From Cyanidioschyzon merolae (taxonomy: Eukaryota), in the NCBI GenBank assembly GCA_000091205.1, contig AP006489.2: a DNA stretch of 64,000 bases; one strand, given 5' to 3'. Shown here piece by piece: positions 30,112 to 41,804 of this stretch. The notes under the pieces are model-generated. The model saw nothing but the letters and a program-made list of their open reading frames with translations. It was not told where the DNA came from and ran no database searches. Position 1 is the stretch's first letter; every line of letters begins with the position of its first letter. The translations under genes and the position numbers were made by a program.

Positions 30112-31626
30112 TTACCGTGCTGGTGCGTCACCACCGCCATGATTCACGCAACGCTTCGCATCTGGTCGTGTTCGTTTCGTTGGTGTCAGCGTTGGACCCA
30201 GCTTTTGTTGATCTCTATAATTTCCGCCTTTGTGCAGCGTCAAGAGAAAATCACGAATGGCAGCCGCTTCGTCCACCTCCAGATGGGTGAAATGGGATTG
30301 AACTTCGTGCACCAGCTGGGCACGGCTCACATCCGAGCGCAGTGGAAGCCCAAATCGTTTTGAATATCGACGCAATGCCTTCGCATTGAGCCGACTGATC
30401 GTCACCCCAAGGGACCCGCCCGCATTGGGGTGAAACTCAAGTGAATCTGCCCCAGGCGACTCGGGGCATCGCATCAACGTGGCCGCTTCCGCTGGGGGCC
30501 AGTCCTGGCGAGATACAGCGGCCCCAGGACCCAGCACCTCCGGACGCTGGACTTGTTGCGATGGCTCCGTACCGTATCGCCAGTGCTCGCCATGTTGCGC
30601 AGACGGCATAGGAGGTGCACAACTGGTCAGATCTTCGGGACTCGTCCAGGAAAGCTTCGCTCGATTCAGCACCGGTGACCCAAGCAAAGGTTTCGTCATC
30701 GGCGAGCAGTGGAGTCCGTGGTTCGGCGTCACCGCGCTAAACGTCGGCGAAGAAGGATTCGTATCCAAAGGGTCTCGGCCCGTTCTAGGGCGCGAGCGCT
30801 CGCGCTTAAGCTTCAAACCCGGGGCTGTCTCTACGAAAACGGCCCCTGTAGGGATATCGATAGCCTGGATAGCGTTCCGCTGAACACGAATCCGTCGACC
30901 ATCGTCGAGACAGATCACGTGCCAGCCTCCGATGGGTGCTCCGCTTTCAATGGAACCCTCTAGACCGATCCACTTTGGTTTGGTCCGATTGTTGCCGATG
31001 ATGCGCACACGCGTGCCCTGTGGCAGAAGGGCGTCGTCCGGGTCCGGCTTCTCGCTCGGAAGCGCGTACGTTTTTTCGGGCGACTTGGGGCAGTCAATAC
31101 CCTCCAGCCCAGAGTCATGAGTCTGGGTGTCTGTTTCATTTCGCTGCAGTAGCCGAGCACTGGCCCCAGCGAGGCACCGTGAATGCGCCTCTGCGTCGAG
31201 TCGCGCCTCTGCGGCTACGCTCGGCGTCGTCTGCTCCTGTTTCTCTACATCTTGCAGCGCTTTGGGGGCTGCTGTCCCAAAATCAGTCACGAAGGTATCT
31301 TCGGCGTGCTTCATGGTTTCTTCTGACGTCACTGGACGCGTACTAGTCATCGTTTCACGCAGCACCGGAGCCGCACCGGCGCGTTCACGCCGGCGCGCCG
31401 ACGCACAGTTTGTGTTAGGCGACTTTCTCTCCTCCAAAGTACCGCCGGAACTCATTATCTCCATTCTTCCGTTGCATTCTGGGTGCAAAGTGAAATAACT
31501 TGGGGGACCTCTTTGCGGTCTGTACACTACAGCGGTGTCGTCCAGCACAGACATGCCAGGAATGATCGCATGAAACGCGAATCTCGACCGAAGCCGTTCG
31601 AGATTGGATGCGCGCGCGCGCAGCAC
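30112..31626 (-). CDS. SAP30-like protein, with a Sin3-binding domain of the histone deacetylase complex subunit SAP30.
   Basis: 'LNAKALRRYSKRFGLPLRSDVSRAQLVHEVQSHFTHLEVDEAAAIRDFLLTL' closely follows the SAP30 Sin3-binding consensus (L..LR.Y.K.F.L.......QL...V..HF). The rest is low-complexity. Confidence 0.55.
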   Translation of the reverse strand: MLRARASNLERLRSRFAFHAIIPGMSVLDDTAVVYRPQRGPPSYFTLHPECNGRMEIMSSGGTLEERKSPNTNCASARRRERAGAAPVLRETMTSTRPVTSEETMKHAEDTFVTDFGTAAPKALQDVEKQEQTTPSVAAEARLDAEAHSRCLAGASARLLQRNETDTQTHDSGLEGIDCPKSPEKTYALPSEKPDPDDALLPQGTRVRIIGNNRTKPKWIGLEGSIESGAPIGGWHVICLDDGRRIRVQRNAIQAIDIPTGAVFVETAPGLKLKRERSRPRTGRDPLDTNPSSPTFSAVTPNHGLHCSPMTKPLLGSPVLNRAKLSWTSPEDLTSCAPPMPSAQHGEHWRYGTEPSQQVQRPEVLGPGAAVSRQDWPPAEAATLMRCPESPGADSLEFHPNAGGSLGVTISRLNAKALRRYSKRFGLPLRSDVSRAQLVHEVQSHFTHLEVDEAAAIRDFLLTLHKGGNYRDQQKLGPTLTPTKRTRPDAKRCVNHGGGDAPAR

Positions 31627-31698
31627 GTCACGGCTTCTGTCGTTGTTTCCTCTCCAAATTTAAATTCTTACTGGCGCTTCGCTTGCTAGAGGCAAGCC

Positions 31699-33318
31699 AT
31701 GTACCTTGCGAACGCTTTTCGTCGCTCTGCCAGTAAAAATAGCGAGGCCTTTACAGGGTCTGCTTTGGTAGGAACTGGAAAATTGAAGCAGGGTTGGGAG
31801 GGTTCCTATCCTGGGACGCCACTGGGGCCGAAAACTCCACACACGCCGATGCTGCTTGATCACACCGGCTGCCTGACGCTGAGCCAGACCCACGAGTACT
31901 CTGAGAAAAGAGAAGCTTCCGAGCGGCTTGGTAGTGAACAGGGTTTCGGGGCGGATACTTCGGCTTTGAATTCGGGGAAAGAGACTCTTCCCCAGGAGGC
32001 CGCCGCGACACCCGCTGGCGACCACGGAAGGAACCCCTTTGACGACGACGATGTTGAGCGCGTCACTTTGGACATTGATGAGTCCGAAATCGAAGCACAT
32101 AAGAAAGTGTGGGACTCTCGGCGAGCTGCACTGGCGAACTCTGGTGGGCGCGACCCGCTGGACGCATCGGCACGTAGCGCGCTGGCGGCTAGCGCGGGAA
32201 CGCCGCAGCGGTCTCTGCGCCACACACTGGCCCCTGACGTGCAAGACAGCATCCTGTTCATGGAACCAAGTCCTGAATCTGTCCCGGGGAATCACGGGAA
32301 CGGTTCTGAAGTGGACTTTTCTCGAGCAGAGGGCTCGACAGATTTCCGGAAATCGGCGGCGAAGCCTGCTGTCGTGACGAATCTATCCTCCACATTTGAG
32401 GAGGAAGCGCATCACCCGCGGGAACTGTCAGTTACCCCGTCGCTTCGTTCTGAAGACGTGCATCAGAAATTGAACCAATCCAGTGTGCATCACTTCGAGG
32501 GGTCGGCCTTGCGACCCGCCCTCTCATGGGATCATATCCCCAGTAGCATTATTCGAGAAACGATCGTATCGCTCGAGACACAGATGGCTCAATATCAGAG
32601 GGAGCTTGCTGCGGCTCAGGACGTTATCGGCTCGTTGAGAAAGGCTCTCTGCATTGAGCAAACCAATCGACAGAGCCAAGCTGCGAAAATCGCTGAGATG
32701 GAGCTACAGATTCGCGCTTTAGAAGAGGAAACAGACCGAAAAAGCCTTCGAATTGCTTGTTTGGAAAAAGATCGCGAGGAACAGGAGGGTGTTCTCGAGC
32801 GCCTCCGCGAGGAACTCGTCCAGACGCAGCGCCGGAACAACGCCGCACACGAGACGGAGGCGTATGCGGACATCTTGTCAAAGCTGCGGGCAGTGCAAGA
32901 ACAGCTGGATCTCGTGCAACTCGAACGTGATTTGCTGGAGAAACGATTGAACGGACACTCGTTTGAATCCACTGCGAGAAAACAGAACGACAGCGACGTC
33001 TCAACCGGAAAGGAGAATATCGGGAATACGTCGTCGCGTGCGGTGCCTGCCGAAGCGCCCAGTGCGACGCCCGACGTGCCCAGTGCGCAACGCACGAAGC
33101 CAACACCGCTCCGGTTGACCCAGAAGAGTCCCCATGAAGACGCAGCGGCCGCGTCCGCAAGCCTGGAGCGGTCGGTGGCGAAGCAGCACATCCAAAAGTT
33201 TGAACGGATCCAGACGAGCTCGCTCCTGAGCGCCGAGCAAAGAAACGAGAAGCGGGTCATGCGTTTCACTGACTGGATCGGTAGCGTGCAAGAGCCGAGC
33301 AACTACATGAACACATGA
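31699..33318 (+). CDS. Hypothetical coiled-coil protein
   Basis: The 539-aa ORF has a long heptad-like region ('QMAQYQRELAAAQDVIGSLRKAL...LEKDREEQEGVLERLREELVQTQRR...'). It sits 73 bp head-to-head with the SAP30-like gene. No family was recognised. Confidence 0.4.
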   Translation: MYLANAFRRSASKNSEAFTGSALVGTGKLKQGWEGSYPGTPLGPKTPHTPMLLDHTGCLTLSQTHEYSEKREASERLGSEQGFGADTSALNSGKETLPQEAAATPAGDHGRNPFDDDDVERVTLDIDESEIEAHKKVWDSRRAALANSGGRDPLDASARSALAASAGTPQRSLRHTLAPDVQDSILFMEPSPESVPGNHGNGSEVDFSRAEGSTDFRKSAAKPAVVTNLSSTFEEEAHHPRELSVTPSLRSEDVHQKLNQSSVHHFEGSALRPALSWDHIPSSIIRETIVSLETQMAQYQRELAAAQDVIGSLRKALCIEQTNRQSQAAKIAEMELQIRALEEETDRKSLRIACLEKDREEQEGVLERLREELVQTQRRNNAAHETEAYADILSKLRAVQEQLDLVQLERDLLEKRLNGHSFESTARKQNDSDVSTGKENIGNTSSRAVPAEAPSATPDVPSAQRTKPTPLRLTQKSPHEDAAAASASLERSVAKQHIQKFERIQTSSLLSAEQRNEKRVMRFTDWIGSVQEPSNYMNT

Positions 33319-35334
33319 ACAGCCAAGGAGAGACAGAGAGAGGGTTTCGTGATCTGTGCTCGGTTCGTACGCCGAGCGTATTCAGGTTTTGCACGTGCAC
33401 TGGTGCGCATGGCTAGCCGCATACGCGAACAGCCTAGGGTGCAGGTGGCGAGTGCGCACTGCCCCGAAAGCAGATATGCATAAACCCAGCGCCCGTGCGC
33501 TGGTGTCGTTCCTGGTGATACCTTGAATCGGGTTGTGGTCTGGTTCGCACGAGCGTCCTGTTACAAAAGCCGATCAGCGTGATTCGAGGCCAAAGATGGA
33601 CCCACCGGAAATCTTCCAGATATACGAAGGCAGCTTTGCGGCACCGTGCCTTGGGTTATACGGGGGTTTACCACCAAGCATGTTCGTACTTTGCGCGGTC
33701 TGCTTCCGAGACCTGTCTCCGATGAGCAGCACAGCACGCCATCAGCAAGCTGTGCTCCAAGCGATGCTCTCGCTCATTTGCTCGCTTCGTTAAGCGCCGA
33801 GTGAGCGCGCTGTCATCCGGCAACATGAGACGGTGGATCCAAGACGGTGCACGCTTGGCGCTCTCTCACAGAATCCACACGACAACTGCAGAGATTCTCA
33901 AGTCGTCTGGCTGAATCCGATGCTTCGCACACGCCCATCCAACCGCATATTGCCGATGTTGACGCGCTCCTCGCTATAACCCGTCTGAAACGAATACGAG
34001 AGGCACCTCAAACGTCAGATGGGCGGCAGCAGTGTACGTTCCAAACTGTGATGCGTATCGTTCATCACTTTCCCTAAAAATACATCCTGCAACTTTTTGG
34101 ACACCTCATACGACCGAGCAGCGAATCTCTCTCCGCATCTCGTGCCAACGTGCACCGTCATTCATACCGCTGCGAGACGGCAGCGTGACTGACTTCCTGA
34201 CACCGCCGGCTCCGATCCAAGGCCTCTGTCACGCGGCTGGGACACGACCAGTGGAACGACCGCCCCTTCGCCCATGGCGCTGCTGGGGCCGCAGCCTTCC
34301 ACTTTTCCCGCCAGACGCACGAAAACGTCCCGCGCACTGAAAACGAGCGCGCCATCGGCCATGCGACGCCGAAGATCGGATATGCGCAGCTCCAGCTGCA
34401 GCTGCGTCCTTGCGACTCCATCGCTTGGATCGGGGCGAGAGGCGCAGCGCTCGGAAACCTCGCGAACAAGTCGGCTCTCGGGGGCTTGCAAGCTCAAGAC
34501 CAAACGATACGCTAGATGCGAGTCTGGAAGAAACGCGAGGCCGCACGATACCAGCTCGCCCAGTACGAAGAGCATGTCGAAGCTTTCCAAAGCCGTGCTG
34601 AGGAACTTTTGACCAAGATCGACAGCAGGTTAGAGAGACTGTGTGAGCGCCTGGAGAAAGTAGAAGAAAAGTGTTGCCAACTCGTCGGAATCAATCCCCA
34701 GCAGAGGGCAGGAGAAAAGTAGGCTGCGTCAACGCCGCACGAGAGCACCGGGCTGGCGTTACCGTTAACGAGAGGCAGGCACGACACGCGAAGCGCTGCG
34801 ACAGCGCGGTGCGTGCCTCGGCCTCATGACGAGCTCAAAGACTGAATCCAGTCCTGAACAGGGTCTCCCGTCGACGCGGCTCGGTCTTCGGACCTGGACA
34901 GCTGTTCCCGTAAAGCCTGCAGCTCAGCTGCCTGACGCTGAAGCTCCGCCTCGAGCTTCCTCCGCGCGTTGCGCTCCCGCTGCGCGTTCATAGAACTACC
35001 AGCCAAATAGCCGATAAAAACTGCACCCACTCGCGCAAAGTTCAAAAGACTCGTATACGACGCCGTGGCACCAGCTGAACCAACAGTTCCGGAAACCATT
35101 CCTGTCTTCTCAGTGCAGTATACCCGTTCCGGGTAGACAGAACGACGCGGATTCGCTGACGGCGAGCAGTGCGCGACTCTACCGATCCACTTTTTTCTTA
35201 ATTTGATCAAATGTTCATAGAGGCCAGCGTTCCCCAGCTGTGCGCTTTGTATCCGCGCGCGGTCATTCATCCATCGATCCACGTCCTACTTCCAAGTTCC
35301 ATACCTCATTCTTCTTCTCGGATATACTCGTCGT

Positions 35335-35480
35335 TTGATCTGCTCTATCGAGCGCCGAGCACCTGCCCTGATCGTCTGCGACAGCGCCTGTACCGTTGGT
35401 ACGGATGCAGCTCGGCAACAGAACGGCGTTGCCGTGCCAGAGAGAGCGTCGGCTCGACAGGTTAAACGAATGCCGTGTCA
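35335..35480 (+). repeat. Interspersed repeat family A, copy with conserved ~140-bp core
   Basis: It shares 'cctgatcgtc.gc.a...gcctgtaccgttggtacggat.cagc.cgg' with 53545-53700 and 'aacggcgttgccgtgccagagagagcgtcggctcgacagg...tgccgtgtcacgg' with 18125-18330. Confidence 0.55.
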
Positions 35481-36844
35481 CGGAGGCCTCCCATTCTTGT
35501 TGGACCGGCCACCCTTCCAATGGTTTCAGCTTCTCCTTGTGCATAACGGCTCTGAGAGGCTGCCCCACAAAGTTCGCTCGTGTCTGCTCCGCGGATCACG
35601 TCTTCAGTACCACACATCGTCCGATATGGATGGCGGCATTGAAGTCTCGGTTCACGGATTCTATGCGTTTATTGCCTCTGATTGAACAGATCCTTTCAAG
35701 GCGTCGTTGAACGCTCGCCCCCTGTTCGATTTGGTGCTCTATCAGCTATTCAAACTTTCCGATCGCCGAGGCGCTTCGCAGCCTTCCCACCGTCTCGATC
35801 TTCAGTATTGTACGCCTCTGCTGAATCTTTCGATTTTTTACTTTTGAAAATGGATGCACTACTTTGTACCCTTTTAAGTGAGGGCCTTCTCGGGGCGAGA
35901 AGGACTTGCGGAAGAAAGACGAGATGTGCTGCCTTGTGTTACGCTGTGTTGAAAACTTCATCAATTCGCCCAGAGCAGCGATCGCTACGTTTCACGATAG
36001 AGAGCACTCTTTCGATGCGGCTCAACAATGGACAGTACGGAGGAATGAAGAGCAGCTCTACCCGATAGACCCGGCAAAAGCTCGAACGCAAGCGGAAATA
36101 TCAAATGCAACGTTGTCCAAAGGAAGGACGTGGCAAGACCTTGAGAAGAAAATTTTCAAGGATTCAGTGGAGTAGATCGTGGCGTTGTATGAGCTTGCTG
36201 TACGGGCGAAACTGAGACCGTCGAAAGAATCCACTGCATCTATACTAGATAATGATGTCGTCGTTCTCTTCGAGTTCGATCTTAGATACAACGGGTTCCC
36301 TGTACGCGAATACCCAGATACGCTCCGATTGTTTCATCAGAAGCAAGTCTCACCGACTGGAAAAACAAACCGGCGTCCCTGTGCTTCATACGGATCGGAA
36401 CGTTCCAGGAACGCTGTCGCTGCGATTCCGATGGAAGATAGCCTTGCACGAACCAGGGCATTTTGGGAATGTATCACGGTGTTTTTGCGATCATATGAAC
36501 GAGCTGGCGAGAAAAATACATACAGGTAATGGCTATTGTCATCGCTCTCGCCTTCCGAAAAAAAGGGGTTCAAAGGGTCATTCTCTACCATTGACCTCAG
36601 GAAGTATCTGAAAATATCGGTTTCTTTTGGCGCGAAGCGCAGAATACTTGTTTCTTTCTGTGTTCTTCAACGATCTGAGCTCTGTGGACTGGCCGACTGA
36701 CCTGCATGAGGAAACCAGCCCTCCATACACTATTTAGAAAAGAACATATATCCTACAGGCAGTTCGTCGACGATCTATAGGGTACGCTGCATCGTGATAC
36801 CGATCTCCTGCAACATACCGCAACAGGGGTGAAACACAACTGGA

Positions 36845-38314
36845 TTGAAAAGCCAGAAAGTCCTGCTGCCGACCTGGCCTGGGCTGGGCATCTGCCCGTC
36901 GGCGATTATCCGGACAGCACCGAAAGCGCTCCGCCTGGTTACGCTAACCGAGGTGTTTTTGGGCTTTTCGGTTGCCGCTGAGCGAGGTTCGCCCATAACC
37001 AACCTGCACTGCTGCACCAGTGGCATGCGTCGTCTGGAGCAGAGCGAAGTGCAGGCTAGCACAGGAAGCGATCACGTTTCGCTGGTCTCTTTTCTGGCAC
37101 TGCAAGCACTCCTATACGCTACCGCCCTCAGCGGTGTTCTGGTGCCTTGCTTGGGCAACGACAGCGACACTGAGGTTGGGCAAGTGTCCAGCGCCGCCTG
37201 CGAGGAATTCGGCCCGCAAGCCGACCCCAGACTGAGACTCGCAGTAGCGCGGAGGACGCAGCGGCCCCAAGCGGCTCGGCGTTCGTGGAAACACGTTTTC
37301 GAGGACTGGGGTCGCGGCGTTGCCGCTGGGGTGCTCCTATCCGCAGCGCTGGTGCATATCCTCCCGTCCAGTGCTGTGCAGCTCGAAGATAACCTAGCCA
37401 CTGCGTACGGAATGGAACGCAGCACTGCTGTTTCTCTGTTGGGAACCTGTTTCCTCGTAGGCGTGCTGGGTGTCTACTGCATCGACTTGAGAGCGCGACG
37501 CGCTGCCGACGCACCCAGATTGCCAAGTCCGTTATGCGTAGACGCTCGAGCGCCACATCCTTGGGGCGATTGTTCGCAGCGACCGGCACCATCCGAGCGA
37601 GTGGATTCTGGACATCCGCTTTCCCAGCTCGAAGCACACCCTGCATCGACAAGCGCTGCATTGCAACGTTCACAGCCTGCAACTGCCGAGCACCATCTGC
37701 GGCCAATCTGGAAAATCCTGCTCTGCTCGCTGTCCTTTCACGCCCTATCAGAGGGTATGGCGCTTGGCTTGTCCGTGTATCGCACGTTCGTCGCGATGTA
37801 CCTTGCGATTATTTTGCATAAATTTTTCGCGGGGCTCGCGCTTGGCGTATCGCTTGCCAGCGCAAGAGAGCCAATGGCGCGTTGTCTCAGGGCTGGAGCG
37901 CTTTTCGCAGCGGCAACGCCATGTGCCGCTACCCTAGCGAGGCTGTCAGCGCACTGGAGTCAGTTGGACAGCGCCCGCTCGGGAGGAGCAGTCCGAATCG
38001 TAGGCGGCCTCCTGAATGGAATTGCTGCCGGGAGTTTCCTAGCGATCAGTTTACTCGAAATCATACCTTGTCCGAGGAATTCTGCTGAAGCTAGCCAAGT
38101 GGCGCCATGGATTGGAAAATCGCACGAAAATGCCATGGATTGGTACCGGGGAACGCCCGGCTATGAGACGCTAACGACAGCGGATTCATGTGCAACCCTG
38201 AATGCTGGCGTAGATACGGCTGCAGATCCAATGGCAGCGATGTCGAGTCGACAAACGCTCGTTCCGTTGCTTTTTAGTGCGGCTACATTCTCGCTGCTTG
38301 CGCTGTGGATTTGA
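36845..38314 (+). CDS. ZIP-family zinc/iron transporter. The true start may be a downstream Met.
   Basis: ZIP signature helices are present: 'AGVLLSAALVHILPS' and 'HALSEGMALGLS...ILHKFFAGLALGVSLA' (HxxxE / H-K/R-xxxG-LALG). There are multiple TM segments and a His-containing variable loop. Confidence 0.75.
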   Translation: MKSQKVLLPTWPGLGICPSAIIRTAPKALRLVTLTEVFLGFSVAAERGSPITNLHCCTSGMRRLEQSEVQASTGSDHVSLVSFLALQALLYATALSGVLVPCLGNDSDTEVGQVSSAACEEFGPQADPRLRLAVARRTQRPQAARRSWKHVFEDWGRGVAAGVLLSAALVHILPSSAVQLEDNLATAYGMERSTAVSLLGTCFLVGVLGVYCIDLRARRAADAPRLPSPLCVDARAPHPWGDCSQRPAPSERVDSGHPLSQLEAHPASTSAALQRSQPATAEHHLRPIWKILLCSLSFHALSEGMALGLSVYRTFVAMYLAIILHKFFAGLALGVSLASAREPMARCLRAGALFAAATPCAATLARLSAHWSQLDSARSGGAVRIVGGLLNGIAAGSFLAISLLEIIPCPRNSAEASQVAPWIGKSHENAMDWYRGTPGYETLTTADSCATLNAGVDTAADPMAAMSSRQTLVPLLFSAATFSLLALWI

Positions 38315-38565
38315 GGTATCACACCGATCTACTTTTCCTGCGTTGCATACGGGAACGACACGCCGTCGCCGCCACCGCCTGCACAAGGCCTTGTATCGAT
38401 ACGCTCTATATATCTTGGGATCATTGAATCTAACCACGGATCCTGGCCTATAACAGGCGTTGCGTCGATACGAGCCCCGAAACGGCTTCAAGGAGCGACG
38501 CGCACATGCACACAGGCATCCGCGTCGATGCATTGATCCTGCAGTATCTAACGAGGCATGGTCAC

Positions 38566-40554
38566 CTAGGCGATTCCGGATGCAGTACCGCGCACCATCT
38601 CGGCGATGGTCGTTGTCGTGGCGCTCAAAGTCGCTACAGCGCCGAATGCTAGCATGAAAATGTCGAGTGCTCGCTCCCATGTGGAGAGTCGCTGCCAAAA
38701 CACACGCAGATGAAAGAGCGCCGGCAGCGTGTACGCGAGTGTCGCTGCACCGAGCGCACCCACAAGTGATTGGAAAAGTCCGAAATCTTTGCCGGCGATG
38801 ACTGCTGCGACAACGGTGCCAATGACAAGCGAAACACGCACGAGAACGGCAGCGGGCTCGTCAGTGAAATAGGTGCAATAGAGGGTTGCGACTCTCCTCG
38901 CCAGCGGTGCCCGGTCTGCGGCGATGGGCGGGGCCGGTTCCGGCGGTGCCTCAGCTGGTGCGCTGGCCTGCGGAGATGGCGGCGAGGCTCCACCAGGCGC
39001 ACCGAATGCATCGATATGATCTGGTACAGGGACCGGAGATGTCGAAATCGCCGCTTTGGAACCGCCAGATTCTTCGAACAGTAGCGCGCTGCCCGGACCC
39101 GAATCGCGCTGCTCTGAAGCAACTCGCACGTCGACAATATCGATGGAATCGAGTCGCTCGTCAAGAGGCTCTGGCGTTTGCTCCCCGTCGATTGCACGAG
39201 ACGCTTTACGCTCGGGCGTAATGCGAGTTTCGACGACCTGAATAGCGTCTATAGATACAGTCTCATCGAAAGGTTCCGGATGCCGGCTTGGCAGTGGCTC
39301 GCCTGAATGCGCCGATCCAGTACCCAGTTGACGCGTTCGAAGCCACGTCGTGGTTGCCAGCCAGGCCTCGAGCGCTTGAACAATGGGTACCAGCTGCAGT
39401 GGATATGTAAAAAGAATACCGATACAGGCAACGCTCTTCACAATACGCACGGCCGCGCTGTGACCCATATTCAGGAGAATGATCGAGCGAGTCTGCTTGC
39501 CAAAGGTCATGAAACCCAGCAATCCGATGAGCAGAAGAATCGCCCCCATGAGCACCATCGTTGCGCTCAGGATAACGTTGAAGCGACGGGGATTCTTCAT
39601 GCTCCCTTCGACTGGCAAGACCACACCGATGCCTTCCAGTGCAGCGCTCATCTGTCCAAAGAACACGGGCCACTTCCAGAACAAAGGCGAATACGGTCGA
39701 TATTGAAAGTTTGCCATGAGGAATACAAGCACCGCACTGAACCCGACGAAAATACCGATATTGGCTAGATAACTGAATGGTGTCAACTTCCGCACCGACC
39801 GCAGAAGCGCCAACGTGAGCACGATGGGCAGCGGGATGAGGAGGAACCAGGCTGGCGCACAGTCGCAGCGCGTCAGGTCATGTATGGTCTGGGCGAGGAA
39901 AATCAGATACCCCGTGCAGTACCCGAACTGGGTCAGCAGGAGCGCCAGATTCACGACCAGCTCTCCGGCACGACCAAAGGCATAGGCACCAACGTCGCCG
40001 TAAAGCACTTGTCGAGCGGGCACACACGACGCTGCCCCCGGAGAGTCCGAACTGACCTCTGCGAACGGTGCACGTTCTGAGCCAGGTTCTGTGCCGCCGC
40101 GTTGTCTCTGCCACCATTCTGCTGGGATATGGCGCTTCACGCGCACGAGTAAGACACAGCCATAGAAGGTCAACAGACTGACTAGGACCAAACCCAGAAT
40201 GCCTCGCGTCACGCCAGCGTAGGAAAACGCATAGGAAACGTAGAGAAAGTTCAAACCGAGGAATCCTTTCAGCAAGTTGGCAAACTCACCCAGCACGCTT
40301 TTCAAACTCGAGCCCGACGTGCGAAGCGTGTCGCTTTCGGGTTTCGTACCGGTTGCGTCCGCGTTTTCCGCAGAGTGCTCGGTAGCCACAACCAGGTCCG
40401 GGACACTGTCTGCAGCGGCCTGCGACGAGGCACCTCCCGGCGAGCTCGCCGCGTCTGGTGTAAAACGCCCGACCATGAAGGAAGCTTGCTTCGCATTCGC
40501 GTACGTCTGAGACAGCGTCAATGACGAAGAGTTCACGCTGTGAGGAAACCGCAC
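38566..40554 (-). CDS. Amino acid transporter, Aa_trans/AVT family
   Basis: 'SLKSVLGEFANLLKGFLGLNFLYVSYAFSYAGVTRGILGLVLVSLLTFYGCVLLV' matches the conserved N-terminal region of Aa_trans transporters. About 10-11 TM helices follow. The N- and C-terminal extensions are hydrophilic. Confidence 0.75.
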   Translation of the reverse strand: MRFPHSVNSSSLTLSQTYANAKQASFMVGRFTPDAASSPGGASSQAAADSVPDLVVATEHSAENADATGTKPESDTLRTSGSSLKSVLGEFANLLKGFLGLNFLYVSYAFSYAGVTRGILGLVLVSLLTFYGCVLLVRVKRHIPAEWWQRQRGGTEPGSERAPFAEVSSDSPGAASCVPARQVLYGDVGAYAFGRAGELVVNLALLLTQFGYCTGYLIFLAQTIHDLTRCDCAPAWFLLIPLPIVLTLALLRSVRKLTPFSYLANIGIFVGFSAVLVFLMANFQYRPYSPLFWKWPVFFGQMSAALEGIGVVLPVEGSMKNPRRFNVILSATMVLMGAILLLIGLLGFMTFGKQTRSIILLNMGHSAAVRIVKSVACIGILFTYPLQLVPIVQALEAWLATTTWLRTRQLGTGSAHSGEPLPSRHPEPFDETVSIDAIQVVETRITPERKASRAIDGEQTPEPLDERLDSIDIVDVRVASEQRDSGPGSALLFEESGGSKAAISTSPVPVPDHIDAFGAPGGASPPSPQASAPAEAPPEPAPPIAADRAPLARRVATLYCTYFTDEPAAVLVRVSLVIGTVVAAVIAGKDFGLFQSLVGALGAATLAYTLPALFHLRVFWQRLSTWERALDIFMLAFGAVATLSATTTTIAEMVRGTASGIA

Positions 40555-41804
40555 CTAGTCAGGCGGGTAGGCAGTCTGCCTGAATACGTTCGTACGTATG
40601 GGTGTCGCGCGCGACTCGAGAAAGTAACGACAGCAGGTAGAGGCGCGCGTGGATACTCCGCCAAGCTCCGACGTGAGACACGGGGGCTGGTTGCTCTCAT
40701 ATGCACGTTGAGGGTGCCTATGCTTTGAATGCACGTAGTTGTAGGTGTGTCTGCTTTCCAGGGAAAAACTGTGCAGGAATATGGGCGAACGGATGCAGTG
40801 TCTGCATAGAAAAACGAAAGCGTTGAGCAGTACGCGTTTGTTTTTCATAGTAGCTATCGGAAAATCGACGCTTCGTTGCTTGATCCCTGAACAAATCAGC
40901 AGAAAGGTTGCAATGAGAAGTCTATCTTGCCGGCAGCAAGTCTCGAGCAGGCATCCTGGCAAGCTGGCTGGTTCCCGATCTAGCGAAATCAATACCACGA
41001 AAACGAGCTGCTTCCGGTGTCGGTGCACTGTGCTCGCGGTGCCTCTACTACGTCGTGTCGCGACTTGTGCCGCTGGAGCGTGAACTCTGCCGCAGAACGA
41101 TACGCAGCGCGAACAACAAAGCACGCTGTTGCTGTGGAGCTGTCGCAGCTCCTGCTGACAGCATCAGGCTGCGTAACCTGGTAGAGTCTCGTTCGGTGCA
41201 TCGATCTCGTTTGGCGTACCCGACGGACTACACGAATCAGGGAATCGCTGAACCATACGCAATGGTTATTGGCATCTGGGAGAGCGTCCATTATGCTGCA
41301 GGAGACTTGCAAGCTCCACTGGGTACCAGCCATAATTCCATGCGGATATCATGGTCGATTCAAATGGTCTAATAGGTGCTGAGCTCACCGTACGCGCTCA
41401 CTACCAAGTCTGTGGATGCATGGATCCTGTGCAGTTGATAAAGCATCCACGTTCGAAACCGATACTTGGTACGATGGTAGACAGTTCTTTCATGCCAGCT
41501 GGGCGTGCTGCAGGACGGTGCATGTGCTCGCTGCTCATCCTCCAATGCTCGACATGCACTCTTGTGAGAATTAAAAATGAAACAAGTCCATGAGCACGGG
41601 GCGTGCAAGTCTAACCTGGGATCTATCTCTGCTATCAGCAATACCAGCGTTTGCGGGCTTTTTCGAAGACGACTTTGTCTCTCTGATCTCCGGATTTGAA
41701 CACGTTGGTGTGCCTGCTTTTCGCCCAGCTCCGCTGCGGGCAGTCGAATGAAGTTGACAGCAGCTTTCAAGTCCCGAAATCAAAGCGCCAAGCTGTGATT
41801 CAAG

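Noticed and set aside
34824-35282. 152-aa minus-strand ORF with one hydrophobic segment and a C-terminal coiled-coil; also the 68-aa coiled-coil ORF 34516..34722.
   Set aside because: They are too short and featureless to support as genes from sequence alone. The first abuts a family A repeat copy.
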